A DNA stretch of 64,000 nucleotides from Sporopachydermia quercuum (lineage: Eukaryota), in assembly GCA_001599295.1 (NCBI GenBank), contig BCGN01000002.1, positions 1,116,001 to 1,180,000 of the forward strand, written 5' to 3'. The translations under genes and the position numbers were made by a program. Numbering within the stretch: position 1 is the first letter of the stretch; each line of letters begins with the position of its first letter. Positions 12,688 to 22,662 of the stretch are shown here, piece by piece. The notes beneath the pieces are model-generated. The model was not told the DNA's origin and did no database searches. It saw only the letters and a list, made by a program, of their open reading frames with translations.

Positions 12688-13860
12688 ATGTTTCGATCTC
12701 ATTTCTTAAAGGTCTCCCGACCGCTGAATCTGGTACGATTTTATAGCGAGGCACCTATGATCATTCATCCGATTCTCTTGCAAAGAGTAGAAAAGATTAG
12801 AACTGAGGCTGAGGCTCTGGAGAAACAACTCACAGAAAGCACAAAATTTGATGCAAATGTGTCAATTAAACTATCCAAATATCAATCTACTTTAGAGAAG
12901 TTTTCCGAATATGATGAAGAATTAACTCTGTATAAGGAATTACAAGAATTACTACGAGACGAAGCACTAGTGGGTGAGGCAGAGGAAGAACTGAAAACAT
13001 TGGTACCCCAGTTGAACAAGAAAGCACAGGAACTGGAGACAAGTTTACTACCTCCACTAGATTTCTGCGATAAAGCATGCTTCATGGAATTTCACAATGG
13101 CGTCGGTGGATCAGAAGCAATGTTATTTGCAAATGATCTGTTGTTGATGTATACTAGGTATTGTGATTCGCATAGATGGAAATGGACAATCGTGGAAAAA
13201 ACCGCCAACGAAAATGGTGGAATTGTTTCTGCAACGTTGGAAGTCCAGGAACCCGGTAGTTATGATAGACTTCGGCATGAAGCAGGGGTTCATAGGGTTC
13301 AAAGAATTCCGGCAACTGAGACCAAAGGAAGAATTCACACAAGTACTGCGGCAGTGGTAGTTTTGCCCAATATGAGTGATGAATCGAGTGTTGAAAATGA
13401 TGAGGATGAGAGGTCTTTCACCAAGGATGAGGTAAGAATTGATGTCATGAGATCCAGTGGAAAAGGTGGACAACACGTTAATACAACTGATTCGGCTGTT
13501 AGGTTGACACATTATGCATCAGGAATTGTAATCAGTATGCAGGATGAAAGGTCACAGCATCAAAATAAAAGAAGAGCTTTCCAAATTCTGAGAGCGAAAT
13601 TAGCTGATTTAGAAAGACAGCAAAGGGAGAAAGATGCAAGGAATGCTAGATTGACTCAGGTATCATCAACAGAGCGTGGAGATAAGATCAGAACATATAA
13701 TTTCAAAGAAAAGAGAATTACTGATCATAGATGTGGGTTTACAAGTCATAATTTAGATTCTGTTTTGGCTGGTAACGGACTTGATGATATAATAGATGCT
13801 GTTCGTGAGAAGTTTGATAATGATAGAATGAACCAATTAGTGGAAGAACAAGAGGAATGA
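12688..13860 (+). CDS. MRF1: Mitochondrial peptide chain release factor 1
   Basis: GVHRVQRIPATETKGRIHTSTA (PxT motif), GKGGQHVNTTDSAVR (GGQ), N-terminal presequence. Confidence 0.95.
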   Translation: MFRSHFLKVSRPLNLVRFYSEAPMIIHPILLQRVEKIRTEAEALEKQLTESTKFDANVSIKLSKYQSTLEKFSEYDEELTLYKELQELLRDEALVGEAEEELKTLVPQLNKKAQELETSLLPPLDFCDKACFMEFHNGVGGSEAMLFANDLLLMYTRYCDSHRWKWTIVEKTANENGGIVSATLEVQEPGSYDRLRHEAGVHRVQRIPATETKGRIHTSTAAVVVLPNMSDESSVENDEDERSFTKDEVRIDVMRSSGKGGQHVNTTDSAVRLTHYASGIVISMQDERSQHQNKRRAFQILRAKLADLERQQREKDARNARLTQVSSTERGDKIRTYNFKEKRITDHRCGFTSHNLDSVLAGNGLDDIIDAVREKFDNDRMNQLVEEQEE

Positions 13861-14127
13861 GTATGAGCAATTTTTTGCTAACTACAATTAGTTTCATGTA
13901 AATAAATATACAAATAAAGCACATAGATTACAACCATTTGTTTGATTTACCTTGTAAGTATTTGAGGGTTACATTTCTTCGCACGATATACAGTATGTAT
14001 CTCTAAATTACTGAGTTTATTTCACTCTAATATGTAGTATACAATTATCNTAGAAACCATTCAGGATTTCTATAAGATTTTTATCCTTCTCTAATCTTCG
14101 ATATTTGGCAGTTCTGTTCTATAAAAA

Positions 14128-15036
14128 TTATATATTCAAAGACTTGAAGAAAGAGTGAGCTAATTCAACACCAACAAATGTAGCAGCATTGGCAGGGAAA
14201 GAACGAGCCAGAGCAGGACCAACACCAGGGAAAAATGCTTTCACACCACCTTTGTTATACAATTTCTTTGTAACTGTGACAATATTTGTAGGTTCACTTG
14301 ATGATTGCAAAATAGATTTGATTGTATCAACTGGGAAAACAGCTAACCACATGGAAATACCAGCCATACCACCTGCAAAACTGACAGCTGCCAAAGACAT
14401 GGATTCTCCCTCAGGTGTCAACCTCCTTTTCAAATATTCATATGTAGCAAAATATAATGCAGAACCTGGACCATCTCTAGCCATTGTAGCAACAGATCCT
14501 TTGAAAATTGATCTTAAACCACCTTCTTTATATAAATGCTTAATGACNTCAAATGCACCATTAAACTTGGGTCCATCGACCTTACCTTGACCTTGCAATT
14601 GTAATAAAACCTTGACTCTTTCAAACGGAGCTGCTACAGCTGTAGTTGGAATAGCTGAGAAGAAACCAGCTGTAGAAATTTGTGCAATTGACATATTTCC
14701 ATCAGCAGACACTGGAGAAATAGATGAAACTATTCTTTTACCTAAATCATAACCCCAGAATGAGATTGCAAACATAGGGGTGACACCAATTAATGGTGGT
14801 AACACACCTCTATAAAGTCCTCTCAATCCATCTTTCGCAATTGTTTGTTTGGTACAATCAATAGCTCCTTGGTATGCTCCTGGTTGAGCTGTTTGCAGTC
14901 TAACCTTGATCAAATCAAAAGGATGACCTGTTGCAACAGCGCAAACACCACCAAACCCTCCGGCGACAAATGACTTGAGCTGTCCAACAACAGCTGATTC
15001 ATGAACAGCTTCTTCAGCTTCAATTGAATCGCTCAT
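14128..15036 (-). CDS. CRC1: Mitochondrial carnitine/acylcarnitine carrier
   Basis: Three carrier repeats (PFDLIKVRLQ, PFERVKVLLQ, PVDTIKS), plus GVTPMFAISFWGY, RDGPGSALYF and RSFPANAATF. Confidence 0.92.
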   Translation of the reverse strand: MSDSIEAEEAVHESAVVGQLKSFVAGGFGGVCAVATGHPFDLIKVRLQTAQPGAYQGAIDCTKQTIAKDGLRGLYRGVLPPLIGVTPMFAISFWGYDLGKRIVSSISPVSADGNMSIAQISTAGFFSAIPTTAVAAPFERVKVLLQLQGQGKVDGPKFNGAFXVIKHLYKEGGLRSIFKGSVATMARDGPGSALYFATYEYLKRRLTPEGESMSLAAVSFAGGMAGISMWLAVFPVDTIKSILQSSSEPTNIVTVTKKLYNKGGVKAFFPGVGPALARSFPANAATFVGVELAHSFFKSLNI

Positions 15037-16433
15037 TTTCTAGGTTTGCTTATTGCGTTCTACTGTTATGAATCCAAAGGTACCTATCAGTTGTTTCTTC
15101 TAAATTACAACAATTTACACTCAATTATTATTTCTCTCTTTCAAGCTATCATCAAACCACAACTATAACACGAATAATTGGAAATATGCTTCAATTATAT
15201 TTATCTTCTTCTTTCACCCGAACCTGAAAATGTAAAAAGAAAAAGTTGGGTTTCTTTTCTTTTTATATGATTCAGTGTTTTAGAGGATATATGGAAAGAT
15301 GCCAATTTTTAGTGTGAAACTTTTAAACTTTCTGTGAAATAATCAAAGTGTGGAGAACTTTAGTAGGCAAGCGATACTTCGGATTTACGCTGATGGAAAG
15401 ATAGATAGATTAATGACTTTTTTTGATAATTAATATGATAAAAAAATAACTTCTTCCTCTTTTATTGTTTTATTATTTTATTGCTGAAGTAAACATTTAC
15501 AATGGAATTGATTAAGGATGGTTTATGATTTGAATATTTGGTAAATATAGCTGATATGATATAGAATATTGAGTGTGAGAGGCATTTCCTCAATTGCTAT
15601 AAAGCCGGTCAGGCGGAGGTTGAAGTGGACAAGGATTTTATTGCACAAGACATAAATAATACTATAGTATATGAAATAAGAATGAGAATAGGTCAATTGG
15701 AGGTTTCAGAAACAACGGTATTCATAAATTTTTTCTTNTTTATTGTTTTGATTGCTTAGTTAGTTAGTTGGTTATGACATATTGAATGTCCCATCGGATC
15801 GAAGGAGAGTGGTTGTAAGGCTTGGACAAGCCGAGAAAGGCAAGTTCGATGCTGAAATATTTCTATTCGGAAAGAAAAACAGTAGACTCTTCGGTTGTGA
15901 GGATGAATCACAAGCTTGGTTTTAATTTTCTAATTATTTGATTTTTACTTGCTGATAAGAAGAACAGAGATAGGTTGAATTTCAAAAAGTCTTATCAGAT
16001 CTAAAAGCCGTTGCGGTACTTAATTTAACGAGGAGCAATATTTCTTAAAGGTTGTATGAGCTTTTTATCTATGTATGATCAGATATCTTCTTTCATCTAT
16101 CTATATAAGTTTAGTAATTATCAACAAACTACTAATAGTTTTCCTTTTTTTTGACAGGGAGCATACTTATTTAGCATCGGTCATTCGGTCCTTAGAAAAT
16201 GACATACGAAATAGCCATAAGAAGAGTCTATTTATCCCATGATTCATTCATATGAATCCCTGTAATTCTTATCTGATTATCCACTTCCTTTTCTTGTCCA
16301 TATTATGCATTCTTGGATACATTATAATAAACTGTTGCCTCGGTTGAAAGGACGTTATCATATCTTTTAATGATTATATAATTATTTATTACAACNTTCG
16401 TTGGGAGCAGATGTCCCGAAATGGACAAAGAAT

Positions 16434-16801
16434 CTCGTGATCAGTGTTACACAATAGTCTCAACGTTACACCTCACGTGCTTTGTAGTTATTATGTACAT
16501 GTGGTTACAACAAACTACCAATCAGGTGACTTCATAAGTAGAGGGGAGTTTATGGAATTCCCTTCTGCAAGTTTCTTTCCCGTGATCATCATCAACAATG
16601 CCGATAACAGGAGAAACAACAAGAGTACTTATTCTGCTATTTATAAAAAGCTATAAGAAAACTTCTTGGACAACTGTTATATAAAGGAAGCTTTCAATAC
16701 TGGATAGAATTACATATATTCAAGTTATCCACTGAAATAGACCATCGCTCCAGAAAGGAAATTATTGTGGTGGAAGCTTATCACTCGTGATTCTCACCTG
16801 A
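16434..16801. promoter_or_regulatory. Cluster of Cbf1/E-box sites upstream of CBF1
   Basis: TCACGTG at 16473-16479. One-mismatch variants at 16434-16440, 16523-16530, 16579-16585, 16784-16790 and 16794-16801. Confidence 0.55.
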
Positions 16802-16882
16802 CCCAGGAAAAGAAAAAATCAGATCGGTAAATCTCGTTGTTCATAAAGATCAATACTGAACATAAATAAAAAAGTCAAAAAG

Positions 16883-17710
16883 ATGAGTTCTAGCGAAGCA
16901 AATAAAAGATCAGAGCCTGATTCTTCATTCAGTGAAGAAGATCGTTTAACAAAGAAGACAAAGAGTCAAGAAACAAACGGAAAAGAGAATGCTAACGAAG
17001 TTGATGTAATAGATCTAAAACACGACTCTAATATTGATGGTGATCTCATCAATAAAGAGAAGAAGGAGTCTGAGGAAGGAACCAGCAATGAGAGCGATGA
17101 CAATGAAACTGCTGCTGATGGCGAAAACGCAAAAGCTGACATTAAGTCTGTCAGCGAAGGGAATGAACCAACCAGCTCTGCTAATCAAGACCCATCCAAG
17201 TCATCAGTTTCAGCAACAGAAGCTAATGATGCAGGAAAACATGATCCAAATGCCAACTTGATGTATCAGCAAATTCCTTTACATATGAGAGAGCACTATG
17301 ACCCTTCAATCCCTACTGGTTTCAATGCCAATAACGGGCAACCAATTAACAAGCCTACTATTGGCTCTGATGAATGGCACAGAATGAGAAAAGAGTCTCA
17401 TAAAGAAGTTGAAAGACGCCGCAGGGAGACCATTAATTCAGGCATTAACGATTTGGCCAAAATTGTTCCTGGTTGCGAAAAGAATAAATCTCAGATTCTT
17501 AGAAGAGCTGTGGAGTATATCAAACAAATCAAAGAAAATGAAGATAACAACATTGAAAAATGGACTCTTGAGAAATTACTAACTGATCAAGCCATTGCTG
17601 AATTGAGCTCCAGTAATGAAAAACTCAAAACAGAACTTGAAAGATGCTATCGTGAAATTGAACATTGGAAAAAGGCTTGTGAGGATAAGGGTATTAGTAA
17701 GAAAGATTGA
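16883..17710 (+). CDS. CBF1: bHLH-leucine zipper transcription factor Cbf1
   Basis: RKESHKEVERRRRETIN...KSQILRRAVEYIKQIKENEDNNIEKWTLEKLLTDQAIAEL. Confidence 0.93.
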   Translation: MSSSEANKRSEPDSSFSEEDRLTKKTKSQETNGKENANEVDVIDLKHDSNIDGDLINKEKKESEEGTSNESDDNETAADGENAKADIKSVSEGNEPTSSANQDPSKSSVSATEANDAGKHDPNANLMYQQIPLHMREHYDPSIPTGFNANNGQPINKPTIGSDEWHRMRKESHKEVERRRRETINSGINDLAKIVPGCEKNKSQILRRAVEYIKQIKENEDNNIEKWTLEKLLTDQAIAELSSSNEKLKTELERCYREIEHWKKACEDKGISKKD

Positions 17711-17828
17711 CTCTAATACTTTTTGGTTTGCCCTTTTGTATTATAATTTTTACTATTCGGTTGATGTATTCTAATGTATTTTGTATCTATATTATTACAA
17801 GTTTGTAAGCCTCTATTGTTTATTAATG

Positions 17829-18737
17829 CTAATATGGTACCTCCCGAACAAGAACATTTTCTTCATACTTCGTTAAATTACCTTCAACTGTCCAATCACC
17901 CTTTGCTCCTCCAATTTCATCCCAATATCCATATTTCTTCTCCAGTCTACGTTTCTCTTCTGTTTCAATACTATCACCAATCGTCATTATACTAGAGCTA
18001 CCAGCATATTCTACAGTATCTTCTTTCCCGCTTCGATTACAAGCTACGAATATTCTGCGTTTAGACGTCCTTTGGTCGGGAAAAAGAGGTAGCAAGCGGA
18101 GAAGCCAATAACTTATATTTCCATAATCTGGTTCATTCTCTGGCACATTAGTTTCTGATGTAAGCCATGCCATAGGCAATAATATAAGTTCAGCATCTAC
18201 TTTTGCGACATAATTTGCAAATTCAAACAATCTAAATGGCGCTTGAAATTTGTATGGATTCAGATCCATGCATATTCCTAAAGCAGTTTTAATCTCACGT
18301 TTCTCTCTTGGATGTATTAATTTGAATGATCCAAACCCATCAGGACCCTCTGATGCTCCCCAGTGTTCATCTGCTTCATAAAGAAAATGTTTACGATAAT
18401 TCAGAACAACCTCACCTTCAGGATTAACAACAGAAACAGAGTTGTAGATGGTATCATTAGGTGTTACTTCAGGATACCCAACAAGAGTGTAACATGACAA
18501 TTGTTTGGAGATATCAATAGCCCATTTAGTAGATCTCCCCTTCTTTGATGGTTCTAAATATGGCTCAATGGCTTTTCTTGTAGGAAAATTGTAACCTGTG
18601 AAAGCCAACTCTGGTAAAATAAGAACATCTAGAGGTTTGGTTAAGTTTTTTTTCACCAGGCTAGATGCTCTCGCTATATTATCTTCTACCGCTCCTATCC
18701 TGCCATTGAGTTGTAGGCACGCTATTCTTAAAGACAT
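17829..18737 (-). CDS. NTA1: Protein N-terminal amidase (carbon-nitrogen hydrolase, N-degron pathway)
   Basis: LPELAFTGYNF, YRKHFLYEAD and GICMDLNPYKF give the E-K-C triad. Lies next to CBF1, as in S. cerevisiae. Confidence 0.9.
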   Translation of the reverse strand: MSLRIACLQLNGRIGAVEDNIARASSLVKKNLTKPLDVLILPELAFTGYNFPTRKAIEPYLEPSKKGRSTKWAIDISKQLSCYTLVGYPEVTPNDTIYNSVSVVNPEGEVVLNYRKHFLYEADEHWGASEGPDGFGSFKLIHPREKREIKTALGICMDLNPYKFQAPFRLFEFANYVAKVDAELILLPMAWLTSETNVPENEPDYGNISYWLLRLLPLFPDQRTSKRRIFVACNRSGKEDTVEYAGSSSIMTIGDSIETEEKRRLEKKYGYWDEIGGAKGDWTVEGNLTKYEENVLVREVPY

Positions 18738-19553
18738 TTTGATTAGATTTAATTAAAATATTAAATATATCCACCGTTCTCTTACAGAACTATCCTCCTC
18801 TTCGTCGTCTCTAATATTTTACCTGGTTGTCATTGATTATCATGTTCTACTGTATCAAAACACTGGTATGATGTTGGTTAGTTTCACTGTCCCATTGCCT
18901 ATCAATCTGGAGATATTACCACTTTTACTTTCCTTACAGTTCATGTCTCATTATGATTCAGTCCCCATTAATCGCAAGTTCCACCGTTTTCTTCCTTTCT
19001 GATTACGATCGATCGACTATCCTCTGATATATTTATATTTGTCCATTTTCAAGATTATGATCAGGTATTTGTTGTCTCTTAGCCGATGCTTGTGTCTTCA
19101 TTTCTCCAGATAACAAAGCCTCATAGTCTCCTAAAATATCATCTCTTTGTCGCGCAGAAATACCCAATAACGCCCTCTCATTGTTGGGATATTAATTTCC
19201 ACAGCTGATCAGTAACATTTCAGAAGAATTACCGAAATTGGAAGTAAATGGAAGATGCCAGGAATATATCACTTTGTAAAGACCATCGTGTGGAGTGAAC
19301 AAGAATAGATACTATGTGAATGCTCAAACAAAGTTCAATTGCTAATCTATTTTTAATCATCAGTTTTTGTATCAGTAGAAATTCTCGACAATCATGTTTC
19401 CATTTCGATCTATTCTTCCAGTCTTTCAATGCTTCAACTGAGGCAATGTAGTGAGATACGCCATGAAGTAATTACCGTGCCACTAGAGAACGAAGACCGA
19501 TCCGTATAATATTGATCAGTACCAAATGTTTGCAGGGTCTCTATGGTTAACTT

Positions 19554-19561
19554 CCGGGTAA
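19554..19561 (-). promoter_or_regulatory. Reb1-type site TTACCCGG in the NTA1/ACT1 intergenic region
   Basis: Exact consensus on the minus strand. The same 11-mer TTACCCGGAAG recurs at 62902-62912. Confidence 0.5.
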
Positions 19562-20363
19562 TATTAGTAGAAAAGGAGTTTTGAAGTGCTTAAAAGAGAC
19601 TTACCACCATACACCACTAAGAGGGAGTAAGCAACTATTGAGTGGAATCAATGTGATTTGTGATTAAATACCAAACATTACAAAAAGGATCATTAAGAAT
19701 AGTTTCCTTATACATAACGAATTGCCGTCAATAAATTTCAATCCTGGAATCGCAGGATTGTAATCCTTCGATGTTTCTCGAGCTGAAGCGCATGACACGT
19801 TACTTGCTTATGTAATCATTTATTATAGACCCTCGATTAACACCAGTCTTATCAGCTCCCATACGGCTTGATAGTATATGTTCATTTGATTAAACCAGGT
19901 AGTCTATCTACTATATTCTAATCAAGCAATCCTAAATCATAAAAATTTAATATTTCATGTCGATTCTTCGTGGTCAAAATTATATAACACATCCATCATC
20001 TAATAGTAATTAGCACCAAGTACAACATCAAACACACATCCAACCCTCTCTTTATACTCTTAATTCCCAAAAAGCAAACTCAATCTACCGCCCAAGTATA
20101 GAATGTGTACGTAAGAACACAGACACTCCTTTTATTAATAAATGTTGGCTTTTCACTTCTCCCTTCTTTCCTTGAACTGCACCACCTTCCTTCTTCTTTC
20201 ATTACGTGTGAAGTTTTCAGTAGGTGCTAATCATATAAAGATCAGAAGATCTATTGAGGATTTCAAACCATTGAATATCGTTTAGATAGTAAAAATTTGG
20301 GGTTTGTATCATTTAAACAGTCCTTTATTTATTTCTTTGCATTCAATATAAATCTACTCAAAA

Positions 20364-22302
20364 ATGTCTATGGATGGTAAGTTACTTGTTGTTTGATGGT
20401 CCATAGTATGGAGATTTAACCAGTACCGGATGTTGAATCAAGCAATCAATCAATCCATTTGTCAATCTATCGGTCAATGAACGCAGAACGTGTCAATTGA
20501 TCAAACTATTATACACTTGTGAAATCGGTGTATAACTATTGAGGCGTTAGATCAATTAAGCCTAGACCAATGATTGGATCCACTCATTGCCTGCAGTATG
20601 GAGTCCGATATGGCAATTTTAGCATTTGCTGATATTCTGCCATTGAACGGGAAGTAAAACCTCAAGTTTATATCTAAACAATTAATTTTTCGAATCAGCA
20701 TTTAGTCTTTGAGTTTTCATTGATTTTAATGATTGATCGTTACGACATGCCTGCCGCACGGAGACCGATTACTCTAAGTTTACCGAGGGGTGTAGTTCTT
20801 TGTTGATCTATTATATGTGATAGTATTCCTGTTGACATTTCATCACAACGTCTTAGCCACCCCAACAATAATAGCCTGTGAAAGGAACAAGGACTGTGAT
20901 TTTGAAAATGGTATTCACGTACTTTAGTATTGTAGTATGCCACAGTAATTCCCGCCACATCCTGGGTGTTTTGAGTAGGAGTTTGATTGATATTTGACTA
21001 TGATTCATCTGGCATATACTGTTCATTCAATGAAGTTTACTAAACAAGTTACTAACAATCATTATAGAAGAAATTATTGCCGTATGTTCTCTTTTATATT
21101 GATGCGTTTTTTATCGTATCAATTATAAAGTCTCTTATCGGATTTAGTCATTATTTGGTCTCTGTCTTATTCAGTTTACTAATATACAATTTTAGCTTGT
21201 CATTGACAATGGTTCCGGTATGTGTAAGGCCGGTTTCGCTGGTGATGACGCTCCAAGGGCCGTCTTTCCATCCATCGTCGGTCGTCCGCGTCAACAAGGT
21301 ATCATGGTCGGTATGGGTCAAAAGGACTCCTATGTCGGAGATGAAGCCCAATCAAAGAGAGGTATCTTAACTCTCAGATATCCTATCGAACACGGTGTTG
21401 TCACCAACTGGGATGATATGGAAAAGATTTGGCATCACACCTTCTACAACGAATTGAGAGTTGCTCCTGAAGAGCACCCAGTTTTGTTGACTGAAGCTCC
21501 AATCAACCCCAAGTCTAACAGAGAAAAGATGACTCAAATCATCTTCGAAACTTTCAATGCTCCAGCATTCTACGTTTCTATTCAAGCTGTCTTGTCTCTT
21601 TATGCTTCTGGTCGTACTACTGGTATTGTTTTGGATTCCGGTGATGGTGTTACTCACGTTGTCCCTATTTATGCTGGTTTCTCGTTACCTCATGCTATCT
21701 TACGTATCGATTTGGCTGGTCGTGACTTGACCGACTACTTGATGAAGATTTTATCCGAACGTGGTTACACTTTCTCCACTACTGCTGAAAGAGAAATCGT
21801 TCGTGATATCAAGGAAAAACTCTGTTACGTCGCTCTCGACTTCGAACAAGAATTACAAACCTCCACTCAATCCTCTTCTTTGGAAAAATCATACGAATTA
21901 CCTGATGGACAAGTTATCACCATTGGTAACGAAAGATTCCGTGCTCCTGAAGCTCTCTTCCACCCATCTGTCTTGGGTCTTGAAGCTGCTGGTATTCACG
22001 AAACCACTTTCAACTCTATCATGAAGTGTGATGTTGATGTTAGAAAGGATCTTTACTGCAACATTGTCATGTCTGGTGGTACTACCATGTTCCCTGGTAT
22101 TGCTGAAAGAATGCAAAAGGAAATTACTTCTCTTGCTCCTTCAAGTATGAAGGTTAAGATCATCGCTCCTCCAGAACGTAAATACTCTGTCTGGATTGGT
22201 GGTTCTATTCTCGCTTCTTTATCTACTTTCCAACAAATGTGGATCTCCAAGCAAGAATACGACGAATCTGGACCTTCTATCGTTCACCGCAAGTGTTTCT
22301 AA
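20364..22302 (+). CDS. ACT1: Actin; exons 20364-20376, 21068-21081 (14-nt microexon), 21196-22302
   Basis: Near-invariant actin sequence. Splicing GTAAGT..TACTAAC..TAG (691 nt) and GTATGT..TACTAAT..TAG (114 nt) gives (MS)[25 protein letters not shown]. Alternative in-frame ATG at 20370. Confidence 0.97.
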
Positions 22303-22662
22303 GCGTTCCATATCTGATATTTTTAAATATTTTATGTATGTGTTCTCCTATTTTTATTGAAGTTATTTAGATCCCTCTAATGCTGATTCTATTGTAAGTA
22401 GTATTGGTACTTAGTCTGCTTTATAAATTACTACTTTGGTTATATATTTTAATATATCATATGGCCACTTAGATTGTGTTTTACTGTTTGTAAATTTAGC
22501 GCGACGAAAGGGAAGTAATCTATACATGATTTCGATACATAACTACCTATCAAACTTTCATATTTTTGGGCCTCGTAATACAGCTTACGGATGACATATA
22601 AACAAACATAAAACATTATTTCAATAGTACATTAGCAACTATACATTTCTTTCCTAAATCGC

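Noticed and set aside
13861..13891. GTATGA..GCTAAC..TAG immediately after the MRF1 stop codon
   Set aside because: Only 31 nt; the donor-to-branch distance is too short compared with the smallest supported introns here (about 62 nt).
20111..20240. Possible 5'-UTR intron of ACT1 (GTAAGA..TGCTAAT..AAG)
   Set aside because: The donor is non-consensus. The CT-rich block and TATAAAG (20234-20240) are better explained as core promoter.
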